Assembly: GCA_024614665.1 (NCBI GenBank)
Contig: GCA_024614665.1_4861.1
Direction: 5' to 3' (one strand)
DNA: 64,000 bases
Source of the DNA: a phage
The notes below the pieces were generated by a model. The model was not told where the DNA came from. It saw only the letters and a list, made by a program, of their open reading frames with translations, and did not search any database. A program made the translations under genes and the position numbers. This document shows, piece by piece, positions 1 to 9,263 of this stretch (within the stretch, counting starts at the first letter, position 1; the number at the start of each line of letters is the position of its first letter).

Positions 1-199
1 ACACCAGTTTGCCGCCGTTGATGGCCGTGTCGCGAACAAGACGTGCCATCTTACGCAACTCTACGGTCACATCGCCGCGGATAGCCGTGCTTGCGGTAGT
101 GGGATTTAACCATTGTTCATGGCCAGGTGCCACAATATACAGAATAGCACCTTCTTTGTAATACTGTTTTACCATTGTTTCAAATTCATCTTGCGTCAT
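1..199 (-). CDS. hypothetical protein, N-terminal part only (gene runs off the window start)
   Basis: ATG at 199..197 preceded by GAAGGAG; frame stays open down to position 2 (MTQDEFETMVKQYYKEG...); absent from ORF track because no stop lies inside the window. Confidence 0.5.
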   Translation of the reverse strand, partial: MTQDEFETMVKQYYKEGAILYIVAPGHEQWLNPTTASTAIRGDVTVELRKMARLVRDTAINGGKLV

Positions 200-212
200 G
201 TTAAATACTCCT

Positions 213-947
213 TCAGTAGTTTAGCTTCTCAGAGACTTCTTTACGGATGCGACACATCACCACCATCGCACCATTCGGAATTTGGCTCACGCAGTTATCC
301 GTGTAAAACTTACCTTCACACAGATAAAAGTCCAGACACATGGCATCGGTCAGCTCGTGCCACAGGGTGCCGAAACCATACTGCCAAGGGCCGGAATGAA
401 CGACATCGTAATCGCCATCAGTTATGCCAAATGCGGCAGTAGCGGAAGACCACAGTGTTGAGGAGGTGGTATAAGTGTCATACCAGTAACCGAGCAGTCG
501 ATGGTTACGACGTATCTCAGCTAACCGCTCGTACATTGGGATGAATACGTCCTCCACTTGCGTGACAAAATCAGCCAGCATCAACTTTTCCGTGAACCAC
601 TCGATCCACGCAAAGATTTGTTCTTCAACGTCTTGCTGGCTTAACCCCGTGGCAGTAATGCCTTCTTCGTAGGAGTAACCTTCGTAGACGTCAACAACAT
701 TAATCTCTACATGTTCTAGCGTGAACAACCGTTCGGTGTTGATGCAGTCGTACATCTCTTGTAACCACGCAGTGAAGACTTCTATACAGACGTTGATGGC
801 TGTATACTTGAACTCGTCACGCAGAGGATACCACTGTGGGTTATCCTTTAGTTCGTTCTTCGCGAACGCGGGCCAATGCTTTTCGAACAACGCTTCAAAG
901 AACTGGGGCGTGAGGTTTAAAAGCACTGGCACTTCGACTTTAAGCAT
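213..947 (-). CDS. hypothetical protein (244 aa)
   Basis: ORF track; ATG start with AAGGAG upstream; stop TGA overlaps the RBS of the downstream gene. Confidence 0.6.
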   Translation of the reverse strand: MLKVEVPVLLNLTPQFFEALFEKHWPAFAKNELKDNPQWYPLRDEFKYTAINVCIEVFTAWLQEMYDCINTERLFTLEHVEINVVDVYEGYSYEEGITATGLSQQDVEEQIFAWIEWFTEKLMLADFVTQVEDVFIPMYERLAEIRRNHRLLGYWYDTYTTSSTLWSSATAAFGITDGDYDVVHSGPWQYGFGTLWHELTDAMCLDFYLCEGKFYTDNCVSQIPNGAMVVMCRIRKEVSEKLNY

Positions 948-1000
948 CGTGAATAAATTCTCCTTAAGGTTACGTCCCTGTAGATAATATCTATCTCAGA

Positions 1001-1741
1001 TTACTTTAAGAGATGCAAGAAGCGTGCTGCCTGTTCTGTAAAGTGAAAATACTCGATGGTATCAGGTTCGTCCGAGTGAATGTCATCCGGGTCCAGCAGG
1101 TAGCCCGAGATATCATCCGTTAAAACCCAAGCGTCCCCTTGCAGGAAAATACCCATCGGTTTTTCTACCACGGGCATCACTAAGTCCGAATAAGAGTTAC
1201 CTTCTGCTACCCTTACAATGTCTACACACGGGTCAACAATATACAGGTTGCAGAGACTGCGATCTTTAAGACTGCGATGAAACATCGCTCGATCGTACCA
1301 AATAACCTGAGAACAATTATCTTCGTCACCCGCCACATCGACCAACTCTGTCCAGAAACGATGTAAGAACCAGTTCAACGCACCGGTTATTAGCTCGTTC
1401 GGTTTCAGCATTCTAACGTGTTCGTCGTACAACTCTTCCATTGTCCAGATTCGACACTGCTCACGATCGATTGTCGGTAGGGGAGGTATTTGCGGCGGGA
1501 CTTGTTTAGGCATCGGTTCATCACATCTTGCATTGTAACGCGCAATTGTTTCGGTAACCAGCTCTGCCACAACATCACAAGCCGCTTCAAATCCCCACTT
1601 GTACAACACGTCGTAATCTTCCATGGGCGCAGCACCGAACTCACGGTTCGTTGCCATCCACGACATCCATCCGTATTGCTCCACACAGTTAATCAGACTT
1701 TGTGTGTGGAGCGTGAGCGATTCACTCACGACTCGCAACAT
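1001..1741 (-). CDS. hypothetical protein (about 246 aa)
   Basis: ORF track 1001..1801, start moved to the internal ATG (MLRVVSES...) that directly follows the TAA of the upstream gene; the longer ORF would overlap that gene by 59 nt. Confidence 0.5.
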   Translation of the reverse strand: MLRVVSESLTLHTQSLINCVEQYGWMSWMATNREFGAAPMEDYDVLYKWGFEAACDVVAELVTETIARYNARCDEPMPKQVPPQIPPLPTIDREQCRIWTMEELYDEHVRMLKPNELITGALNWFLHRFWTELVDVAGDEDNCSQVIWYDRAMFHRSLKDRSLCNLYIVDPCVDIVRVAEGNSYSDLVMPVVEKPMGIFLQGDAWVLTDDISGYLLDPDDIHSDEPDTIEYFHFTEQAARFLHLLK

Positions 1742-1742
1742 G

Positions 1743-3257
1743 TTACACCTCTTCTTCTCGCAGTATGCGACGGTTTGCGTAATACGCACACCACAACCCA
1801 TGATACTCTTTACCGATATAGATTAAGAAGTAACGGATGTAGTATTTTTCAGGACGACACACCGCGATGTAATAACGGCCTTCCGGTTCTTTAATACGGT
1901 TGATTTCCGTACGCGATGGAATATCGATGCCGCGAGTCAAAATAACCGAGACAGGTCGTTTACCCATCGGAAAGTCAATCTTTAACGTTATTGACTTATC
2001 GACGCTACGGTAGTATTCCTTGACAGGTTTACCTTTGTCGTCGAATAGCAAGTCGGTAATGTCGTTTAAGACATAACCCTTTTCCTGATGCAGAACATCT
2101 CGCAACGTTGTAGCGAGTTCGTCACGAATATCCAGCGCACGGTACGACAATAAGGGCGGGCGAAGCATTCTGGAGATGGCCAGGTCTTCAAAGAACCAGA
2201 CATTGGAATCTTCTCCACTGAAATGCATCTTGTCTGCCGGTAATCCATCACCTGCCACATCAACGAACTTCTTACGTTTAACGAACTCATTGTTAACAAC
2301 ACCGATTGGATCATACTGCCGCATCTTCGGTGTATCTTTCCATGCCAGGGCGGCGTGGGTGTTTACAATCGTGTAGATGTTATCCCACGGTTGTTTAGTG
2401 AACATTACGGAAAAGTGTGCATCAGGAATCATTTTCCCAATAAACACCAAGTCGTCCTTGTTCTTTGCATGGTTACCACCAAACATGTAATAGAAAGTTT
2501 CATCTTTCACTTTTACAGTAGGATGGTCCTCGTTCACCAACGGATAGCAATATTTAACCGTACAAATCGGCGGATATGCCGCAAGGTTCATCCCAGCGGC
2601 GATGGGCTCGGGTTCCGCGGATGCAGGCAACTCATCTTTCGACCAGTACGGCTGATATGGAACGCCGTCGTTGGTCGCAGTGATAGCTGAACCTTTTCTA
2701 GCCAATTCGTCCGCCCGGTCGTTACCGTAGTGGCCGGAGTGTCCTTTGATTTTGATAACCTTAACACCCCGTCCTTCTTTTTTCATCTGCTGTTTGATTT
2801 CCCAGATACGAACAATAAGTTCTTTGTTCGCCAGCGGAGTACCGTCAGCACGAACCCAACCACGTTTATGCCAGCCGTCTATCCACTCGTTAAAAGTGTT
2901 TACAACGTAACTGGCATCCACGTAGATGATATAGTTCTTCGCGCGGAAGGGTGCGTTCTCAAACAACGTGATGAAGGCGATTAACTCGCCCACATCTGAG
3001 TAGAACTCTTTCGGAACGGGAATAACGGCGTCGACAAATTGAACGGTGTCCGGCAACTCCGGACACTTCACATCCTGCGGCACTTTTTTGTATCCAACAG
3101 TGGTAATCCGTTCTGAAACACCCGGATGGCTATAAGCCTGACTGTCTTCCAAATCTCCGTTGTTGAATAAATAACCATGAATACCAGCCCCCGAACCTTT
3201 CGGGGACTCAGTATGACTACCATCGGTATAAATAACCGCTACGTCGACGTCTTTCAT
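1743..3257 (-). CDS. RNase H (type 1) fold protein with about 300-aa C-terminal extension of unknown function
   Basis: N-terminal VIYTDGS, WIDGWHKRGW, IKGHSGHYGNDRADELARKG match RNase HI catalytic and substrate motifs; GAGGAG RBS; start overlaps stop of upstream gene (TAATG). Confidence 0.75.
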   Translation of the reverse strand: MKDVDVAVIYTDGSHTESPKGSGAGIHGYLFNNGDLEDSQAYSHPGVSERITTVGYKKVPQDVKCPELPDTVQFVDAVIPVPKEFYSDVGELIAFITLFENAPFRAKNYIIYVDASYVVNTFNEWIDGWHKRGWVRADGTPLANKELIVRIWEIKQQMKKEGRGVKVIKIKGHSGHYGNDRADELARKGSAITATNDGVPYQPYWSKDELPASAEPEPIAAGMNLAAYPPICTVKYCYPLVNEDHPTVKVKDETFYYMFGGNHAKNKDDLVFIGKMIPDAHFSVMFTKQPWDNIYTIVNTHAALAWKDTPKMRQYDPIGVVNNEFVKRKKFVDVAGDGLPADKMHFSGEDSNVWFFEDLAISRMLRPPLLSYRALDIRDELATTLRDVLHQEKGYVLNDITDLLFDDKGKPVKEYYRSVDKSITLKIDFPMGKRPVSVILTRGIDIPSRTEINRIKEPEGRYYIAVCRPEKYYIRYFLIYIGKEYHGLWCAYYANRRILREEEV

Positions 3258-3976
3258 TATTCTCCTCGCAACTGCGGTGGAATGTATTCACCTGTGCACA
3301 TTTCGCGGTGGGCTTCTAACATGCGCTCGAAGCCGTACGTACGCGCGACCAGGGCCAAATGATAGATGCGTGCCGTAGAATACGCTTCCTTCGCAGCATC
3401 AAAGCTAGCGTTATGCTCGTACGCTTCTTTGCCACGGGTCCAATGGTGCGCTTCTGCGTGCCAGTTAGGTTCCAGGCCAAACGCATATGCAATACGCTCT
3501 GCAGTCCGGTCAGAGTCCAATATAGAAAACTTGCGGTACTTGCCCGGCGGGATATCGCACTGCGCGAACGCGTTCATCAGAATTGGAGCATCGAAATCGG
3601 GACCGCGCATGGTGATAACCATTTTCACGTTGCCCAGATCATCCAACCATTTTTTGGCCGCCCACAGTGCTTCTGGCAGTGGCGTGGTCCCAGAAAACGC
3701 TTCAACACGTGCTTTCTCGCTCGGTGCGTATTCGGGGTCGCCTTTACCTTCCCAATAGCCGACCGTTTGTGGATCGATGTAGAAGATTTCTTTTGCTTTT
3801 GCATCGTTAGGGTCGATTTTGTGGTAACACGAACCGATCATTTTCATTGTCGGAACATCGAATGCCACGTTTGCCAACGTTAAGATGTAGGCATCTGGAC
3901 GTAAAGCCAGGGTCTCTAAGTCTGTACCAACAACCACGGTTGGTGTTAAAACAGGCAGAATTTTAGGATAGGTCAT
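3257..3976 (-). CDS. DEDDh-family 3'-5' exonuclease
   Basis: Exo I VVGTDLETL (DxE), Exo II GPDFDAPIL, Exo III HNASFDAAKEAY (H-x4-D); GGAGAG RBS. Confidence 0.65.
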   Translation of the reverse strand: MTYPKILPVLTPTVVVGTDLETLALRPDAYILTLANVAFDVPTMKMIGSCYHKIDPNDAKAKEIFYIDPQTVGYWEGKGDPEYAPSEKARVEAFSGTTPLPEALWAAKKWLDDLGNVKMVITMRGPDFDAPILMNAFAQCDIPPGKYRKFSILDSDRTAERIAYAFGLEPNWHAEAHHWTRGKEAYEHNASFDAAKEAYSTARIYHLALVARTYGFERMLEAHREMCTGEYIPPQLRGE

Positions 3977-4020
3977 TTCAACTCTCCACGAGATTATATA
4001 TCACACTATTAACTATTAAC

Positions 4021-4060
4021 GTAAAAAAGGAAATCCCTCTTACCCGAAGGTAAGAGGGGA
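4021..4060 (-). terminator. intrinsic terminator
   Basis: hairpin CCCTCTTACC-CGAA-GGTAAGAGGG followed by a T-run on the minus strand, downstream of 4065..4544. Confidence 0.6.
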
Positions 4061-4064
4061 ATTT

Positions 4065-4544
4065 TCATTGCACAAGGCAACTACTTCTGTGCCGTTCGTA
4101 GGCACGATTAAAAGACACTCTGTCTTCGCGATAGCCGCGAATGAGAGACTTAATCTGTCGTGACAAATCACGACTAATGTCTTGAGGGCTACGAGAACCA
4201 GGGTCGAGATATATCCCAGTGGGTATATCATGAAGAGTGGGGCGAATAAACTCTTCACAAAGCGGTGCGGCCATCGGGGTGCGCCACCCCTTAGCTTCTG
4301 CGTAATTGTTCAACGACTTAGCGTACAGATAAACGTAATAAGCATAAGCGTTCACATCCGCAACAAACATTTTCCCTGCCAGCTTTTTCGCCTCAGGACT
4401 GTTCCCACCGACATAAACTGGTGGGTGTTCTAAAGGACGAAAAGGCCAATCTCCGGTTGAGGAGTAATCTGGGTCTACGTGACGGATGACCCCAGGGCAT
4501 CCTGTCAACAATAGCACCAATATCGCCGCCAAAAATAACTTCAT
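4065..4544 (-). CDS. lipoprotein (possible o-spanin or exclusion lipoprotein)
   Basis: N-terminal MKLFLAAILVLLLTGC with lipobox LTGC; starts 10 nt after the preceding membrane-protein gene. Confidence 0.55.
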   Translation of the reverse strand: MKLFLAAILVLLLTGCPGVIRHVDPDYSSTGDWPFRPLEHPPVYVGGNSPEAKKLAGKMFVADVNAYAYYVYLYAKSLNNYAEAKGWRTPMAAPLCEEFIRPTLHDIPTGIYLDPGSRSPQDISRDLSRQIKSLIRGYREDRVSFNRAYERHRSSCLVQ

Positions 4545-4553
4545 GTATGCTCC

Positions 4554-5069
4554 TCATGGATTATTAAGCGTACTGATAATCTCCTGTCGGAAATCATTTG
4601 CCTCCTGCGACCCTACCGGGCGAGAAGCGGCCTGGTGTTTCTTGGCAGGTGGGCTAGACGGATTTAACGGTGCCGGCGGTGTTACCGGCTTGGGTTCTAC
4701 AGGCGGAACCGCGGCCCCAGTGCCTGTTCCTGTTGGAGATTTGGTACCATCATATGGCGGTCGAGAACCCAGGCACGTGAAGAGACGATCGTACAACTTA
4801 TTGTTCTCCACTTCGCCGTGATCGGACTTCTCTTTTAGCTCCTTATAGGATATCTCCAGATACTGAGTACGCGATTGAACGCTAACCAGTGTGTGGTATT
4901 GAACAATATAGGCATATGAGACAAATGCAGAGAACGCGATCAGTGCCACTATCACTAGTGTCACTATTTTCCCGGCTCGTGTTACTTTCTCCCCCTCGCC
5001 CGGTTTAAATGCTTCCCACAGTATCTGTAAGAATGGAAGCAGTTTGAAAACTGATGCTATCATGCTCAC
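4554..5069 (-). CDS. membrane protein with Pro-rich C-terminal region (possible i-spanin)
   Basis: hydrophobic segment IVTLVIVALIAFSAFVSYAYIV; Pro/Thr-rich tail PPVEPKPVTPPAPLNPSSPP; ORF track. Confidence 0.45.
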   Translation of the reverse strand: MSMIASVFKLLPFLQILWEAFKPGEGEKVTRAGKIVTLVIVALIAFSAFVSYAYIVQYHTLVSVQSRTQYLEISYKELKEKSDHGEVENNKLYDRLFTCLGSRPPYDGTKSPTGTGTGAAVPPVEPKPVTPPAPLNPSSPPAKKHQAASRPVGSQEANDFRQEIISTLNNP

Positions 5070-5087
5070 CTCGGAGAGTTTTTAATT

Positions 5088-6467
5088 ATGTATGATTTAC
5101 AAGGCTTTATTCAAATAGCGGCTCTGATTGATAATGGCCCTGGCAACACCGCTCCGGTAGGTGAGTTGTCTGAGCTGTCATATTCGTTCGCTAAAAGCAA
5201 GCAGTATTTTACTAAAGAAAATCTGCAGGTGGAACTGGTTGCTTTTACTTCTAAACGTGACGAGTTGCCTATTAAGACCCCGGCCGTCTTTAGCGACCAC
5301 GTTCTTACTGTTTCCCAATGGATCTACCAACAGTCTATCCTTGGCAACTTAAGAAACGACGAAGTTGAATTCCAGCGTTTGCTGTTGGGGCAATTTAATA
5401 GTGTCATCAGCGGTGTTCAGTCTGGCGCGATGATTCAGACTAACAGTAACTGGTTCCCACGTTGGGTCAGTTGGAAACTTGAAACCACAGCAGATAAAGT
5501 CGAAGACCCATCTGATGTGAATAACCAGATTATTCTCTGGTTTGCTGATGAAGATTTCAATCAGGACTATACCGGATTTGAAATTGAAGTCCAAATGCCG
5601 ATATTACCGGTTGATACTTTCTTGGCTGTGAAATCTGTAGTCGAAAAGGCAATGGAAGGGTTCAACCTTCCGGATCACCATAATAAGATTAACGAATTAG
5701 CTGACGGTTATCCGTACACTAGCCTGATTACTAACATCTATACTTGGCACGACCAGGAAGACTTTGATTCCACCCTACCGATACCGATGTCGGCTATCAT
5801 CTACGGACGCGCGGGTCGTAACCCGAGCAGAATTAAACAAGCGTTACGTGATTACATTTTGGCAAACTCCAGTTTTACTGTGGCGTTGGGTGTCAAGGTG
5901 TTCCCAGAAATCTTTACGACCACCAAGTTCACAATTGTTCCCGGTTGGTCAATTCGTGGGATTCCAAATGAGGAAGATGTTGCGGCATTATACTCGCCGA
6001 TTCTCCCATATGATTTCTGGGTCAAAGCAATCTCCCGATTTGGGGAGTGGACTGTTCAAACCATTACGGAAAAAAATAGTGGAGCAATCTCAACTCCAAC
6101 TACCGATGTAACGGATTTACCGTCCATCTATAAATCACTAAACGCTGTAGTTATCGCAGGCCCTGAAAACGATTCACGCAAAACGACCCTGCACGATACG
6201 ATTCCCGACTACGCATTAATCGGCACTAACAATGCAGATATTGCGAGAATGTCGAAGAAAACCACCGAGTGGCTGGACCTGTTCTTCCAGGCGTTAATCG
6301 CAGCGGAAGAGTATCACCCACATTCCACCCCGCTGGATATCGTGAAGCTCGTAGACGACGTTGATCCTAATGTTTACTTCTACGTCTTCGAATTCGATAA
6401 CGTGGAGTATCGTGTCTTGGCCCGCAAAGCTGTTTGGGATGTCCCTGCGGTAGAGCCAGAAGCCTAA
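5088..6467 (+). CDS. hypothetical protein (459 aa)
   Basis: ORF track; GGAGAG RBS; plus-strand island inside a minus-strand region. Confidence 0.65.
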   Translation: MYDLQGFIQIAALIDNGPGNTAPVGELSELSYSFAKSKQYFTKENLQVELVAFTSKRDELPIKTPAVFSDHVLTVSQWIYQQSILGNLRNDEVEFQRLLLGQFNSVISGVQSGAMIQTNSNWFPRWVSWKLETTADKVEDPSDVNNQIILWFADEDFNQDYTGFEIEVQMPILPVDTFLAVKSVVEKAMEGFNLPDHHNKINELADGYPYTSLITNIYTWHDQEDFDSTLPIPMSAIIYGRAGRNPSRIKQALRDYILANSSFTVALGVKVFPEIFTTTKFTIVPGWSIRGIPNEEDVAALYSPILPYDFWVKAISRFGEWTVQTITEKNSGAISTPTTDVTDLPSIYKSLNAVVIAGPENDSRKTTLHDTIPDYALIGTNNADIARMSKKTTEWLDLFFQALIAAEEYHPHSTPLDIVKLVDDVDPNVYFYVFEFDNVEYRVLARKAVWDVPAVEPEA

Positions 6468-6477
6468 GGAGGGTTAA

Positions 6478-7101
6478 ATGGCACAACTGTTGCCTAATAC
6501 GCCTCAGGTTAACCTTGAGGGGTTGTTCAAGGTTAAGGCACCTTATACGTTGCCAGATAAAGTGATTTACCGTGTTGACGCGGTACAGAACTTTCCGAAG
6601 CTCCAACGTAATAATATTGACGTTTATAGCAAGTATTATAAACCCGTCGGCCTAACTCGTGACGACTATATCAGCGACGCTAATGTCGAAGCTTCGATTG
6701 TAACATTAAAGTCGAGGGACGGTCAAGTCTACGAGTTGCCTGATACGTACATTGAGACGTATCCCGGACTGAACGGGTTAAATTATAGACGCAATGTTGT
6801 GGTTATTGACCTGGCATTAATACCCGAATACGTCGACGTCACACTGCTAACGAACGACCTGAAAAGCATTTTAGAACGCGGTTTAGGAATCGATGCACGT
6901 GTGGACATCACATCGATGGATTACGAAGGGACGGTGACGGAAGAAGAACACTTGCAAATGGAAGCGGTGCGTAAAGCCAAAATCCGTGAGCAGGTTCCTC
7001 TGACAGAACAAGTTGCAACACTCACTAAGCAGAATCAAGAACTGCAGGCGTTGAATGATGCGATGTTGAAAATCCTGAAAGATAACGGGTTAACAAATTA
7101 A
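6478..7101 (+). CDS. hypothetical protein (207 aa), C-terminal coiled-coil-like
   Basis: ORF track; AAGGAGGG RBS; followed by bidirectional terminator. Confidence 0.6.
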   Translation: MAQLLPNTPQVNLEGLFKVKAPYTLPDKVIYRVDAVQNFPKLQRNNIDVYSKYYKPVGLTRDDYISDANVEASIVTLKSRDGQVYELPDTYIETYPGLNGLNYRRNVVVIDLALIPEYVDVTLLTNDLKSILERGLGIDARVDITSMDYEGTVTEEEHLQMEAVRKAKIREQVPLTEQVATLTKQNQELQALNDAMLKILKDNGLTN

Positions 7102-7152
7102 AGAAAAAAAGAACTACCTACTCCCTTGGGAGTAGGTAGGCTTTTATTTTTT
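7102..7152. terminator. bidirectional intrinsic terminator
   Basis: A-run, hairpin CTACCTACTCCC-TT-GGGAGTAGGTAGG, T-run; between convergent genes ending at 7101 and 7159. Confidence 0.7.
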
Positions 7153-7158
7153 ATCGCA

Positions 7159-8292
7159 TTATTTACCGACGATGTCGCGGACCATTGCTTTGATTGTGGC
7201 AGCAGTACGTTTCTTTTTCGGCAGCTTGCGGATTTCCGCGTACAGTTTATCCAGGTTCAGAGTTTTCTGTACCTGAGCAACAATCTGCATTTGCTCTTCG
7301 TCGATTTTCACTTCGACGGTCTGCTCCTGCATTTTGCCCAGTTCCTGAATCACACTGGCAACCGACACCGGATAAGCTGTTGATTTTGGACGTTCGATAC
7401 CGAGGGTAACAAAGATTTCGTCGTCAATAAACACATTTTCGATATCAGCCAAGTTTTCCAGAATGATTTCATCGTGGTCTTCATCTTCTGACGCATTCGG
7501 ATATGGACGTTTGTAGGTGTAATCCCACACGTCATAGCCGAGTTTATCTGCGAGTTGTACGAAACCTTCCCAGGTTACTTCGCCGGGGTTGATAGTCTGA
7601 CCACGGAAACCAGGGTTGGCCGTAAAGACTTTCACCCAGTCGATGTTTGCGATGCTGCGACACTCTTCCAGCGGCGCGTAACGATCTCCCACTTCGTCAT
7701 TGTCAGACTCTTCAACATGCTCTGCTTCACAACGCTCGAAAGTAACTGAGTGTGGTTTACCGTCACCGAAGATAACGGAGGCAGAACGCCAGTCTTCGAT
7801 AGTCCACTGGACATGAGTCAAATCAATGTAACAATGCCCAACTTTAACACGACCTCGTGGGGCACTTACTGGTTTAATCAGTTCACCTGGTTCGAAGAAG
7901 AATTCGTCAGAATGTGCAATGGCATACCAGACACCATCAACACCTTCAACGAGAATAGACCAGTTATACGGCGCATGGCAACTTTGGAAAGCTACGCCCA
8001 GCATACTTCCCCAACGGTCATCTGGCGAATATTTCAGCGGCGGTAGGTTATCAAACTGAAGAGTTTGAGAAGAAAGGCACAACTTATTACGCAGGTGCGG
8101 CAGCGGCAGATAAGCCTCCACATTGTTATCGAACAGCGCATTGTAAAGATCCGGGTTGATAACACCGGTGCCAGTGACGTGTTGTGCAATCAGAGCTTCG
8201 GAATATGCACGAAAACCTTCGTAGCTAAGCACATACGCACGGTTACGTACTACACGAGCCATATCTTCGATTACGGAAATTGGAAATTGCAT
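7159..8292 (-). CDS. hypothetical protein (about 377 aa)
   Basis: ORF track 7159..8316 begins with TTG; first ATG (MQFPISV...) at 8292 has AAGGAC upstream. Confidence 0.55.
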   Translation of the reverse strand: MQFPISVIEDMARVVRNRAYVLSYEGFRAYSEALIAQHVTGTGVINPDLYNALFDNNVEAYLPLPHLRNKLCLSSQTLQFDNLPPLKYSPDDRWGSMLGVAFQSCHAPYNWSILVEGVDGVWYAIAHSDEFFFEPGELIKPVSAPRGRVKVGHCYIDLTHVQWTIEDWRSASVIFGDGKPHSVTFERCEAEHVEESDNDEVGDRYAPLEECRSIANIDWVKVFTANPGFRGQTINPGEVTWEGFVQLADKLGYDVWDYTYKRPYPNASEDEDHDEIILENLADIENVFIDDEIFVTLGIERPKSTAYPVSVASVIQELGKMQEQTVEVKIDEEQMQIVAQVQKTLNLDKLYAEIRKLPKKKRTAATIKAMVRDIVGK

Positions 8293-8351
8293 GTTAATAG
8301 TCCTTATAAAAGTCAATGGTATTTTCAGATGATTAGTTACTGCTGTAAAAA

Positions 8352-8618
8352 CTAGTTACGGTCGGAATTAAAGACGTGCCAGGTACTACGCCAGCGAAAG
8401 AATCGGGTCATGAAACCACGCACGTGGTAGCCTGAGAACAACATCCAGATCGTGAGAAAAAGCTGCGCCCATGGAGTGGTGAGTTCCATCAAATGTGCGA
8501 CTATCGCACCAACTATCAACATTACCGTGGAGAATAACAAACCATACATCATCGGAATGTTGTGGCTATAGTGTTTCTCCATCCAGTAGAGAAAATTTAT
8601 TAAACGTTTCACGAACAC
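8352..8618 (-). CDS. small membrane protein (2 predicted TM segments), start uncertain
   Basis: hydrophobic stretches LLFSTVMLIVGAIVAHLM and LFLTIWMLFSGY; no convincing RBS for any candidate start. Confidence 0.35.
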   Translation of the reverse strand: MFVKRLINFLYWMEKHYSHNIPMMYGLLFSTVMLIVGAIVAHLMELTTPWAQLFLTIWMLFSGYHVRGFMTRFFRWRSTWHVFNSDRN

Positions 8619-8619
8619 A

Positions 8620-8668
8620 CATCCAAGAATTAAATAAAAGGTGGTCAGACCCGAAGGTCTGACCGTTA
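8620..8668 (-). terminator. intrinsic terminator
   Basis: hairpin GGTCAGACC-CGAA-GGTCTGACC with T-run on the minus strand after 8670..9263. Confidence 0.55.
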
Positions 8669-8669
8669 A

Positions 8670-9263
8670 TTACGCATCGGCCTCAAAGAACGGCTGGTTT
8701 GGTACCACTGCGTATTCGAGCACGAACAGATGTTCTGGGGCATCTTCTGCTCGCCACAGTTTGTGACACGTTGCCAGTTTTTCCAGGATGGTCAGCCAGC
8801 TGAGTTGGCAAAACGCACGATCGCCGAAGAACAGTTTCTGCAGTGCAATTGACACATCCATATACGCCTGTTTGAAGTCGAGCCCTTTATCGTAACCTGC
8901 CGACTGTCGCCAGGTCAGCACGAAACCTGCTTCGGTTTCGTTAATTGCTGGACGTAAACCACAAATCCACATCAGTGCCAGATTAACGTTCCAGTCGAAT
9001 TCGATACCTTCGTCTTCGTCATCACCAAACGCCGCGTTTAACGCGTCGTAGAAACCGTGGTTCTCTGCGAACCATTCGCCGTACTCAACGTAGACCGGTG
9101 CTTCGACAGCCTCCCCATCGACTTCACCGATAGGGCGCTCTACATAGTTCGGGTTGGTTTGAACGTGTTCCGCACCCGCGCGAATCAGTTCGTAGACATC
9201 TTTGGCGGTGATTTGTGCGGCTGTTTTAAGACCTGGATACCAGGGGCGTGTTACGAGTGTCAA
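8670..9263 (-). CDS. hypothetical protein (197 aa)
   Basis: ORF track; TTG start with AGGAG RBS, overlapping the stop of the upstream gene. Confidence 0.5.
   Translation of the reverse strand: MTLVTRPWYPGLKTAAQITAKDVYELIRAGAEHVQTNPNYVERPIGEVDGEAVEAPVYVEYGEWFAENHGFYDALNAAFGDDEDEGIEFDWNVNLALMWICGLRPAINETEAGFVLTWRQSAGYDKGLDFKQAYMDVSIALQKLFFGDRAFCQLSWLTILEKLATCHKLWRAEDAPEHLFVLEYAVVPNQPFFEADA

Noticed and set aside
113-442. 109-aa plus-strand ORF
   Set aside because: Lies antisense across the start of the 1..199 gene and the end of 213..947; no RBS; the minus-strand genes are better supported
721-987. 88-aa plus-strand ORF
   Set aside because: Entirely antisense to 213..947; no RBS
1405-1894. 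Several 67-134-aa ORFs on both strands (1405..1686, 1490..1894, 1623..1826)
   Set aside because: Internal or antisense to 1001..1741 and 1743..3257; no independent start signals
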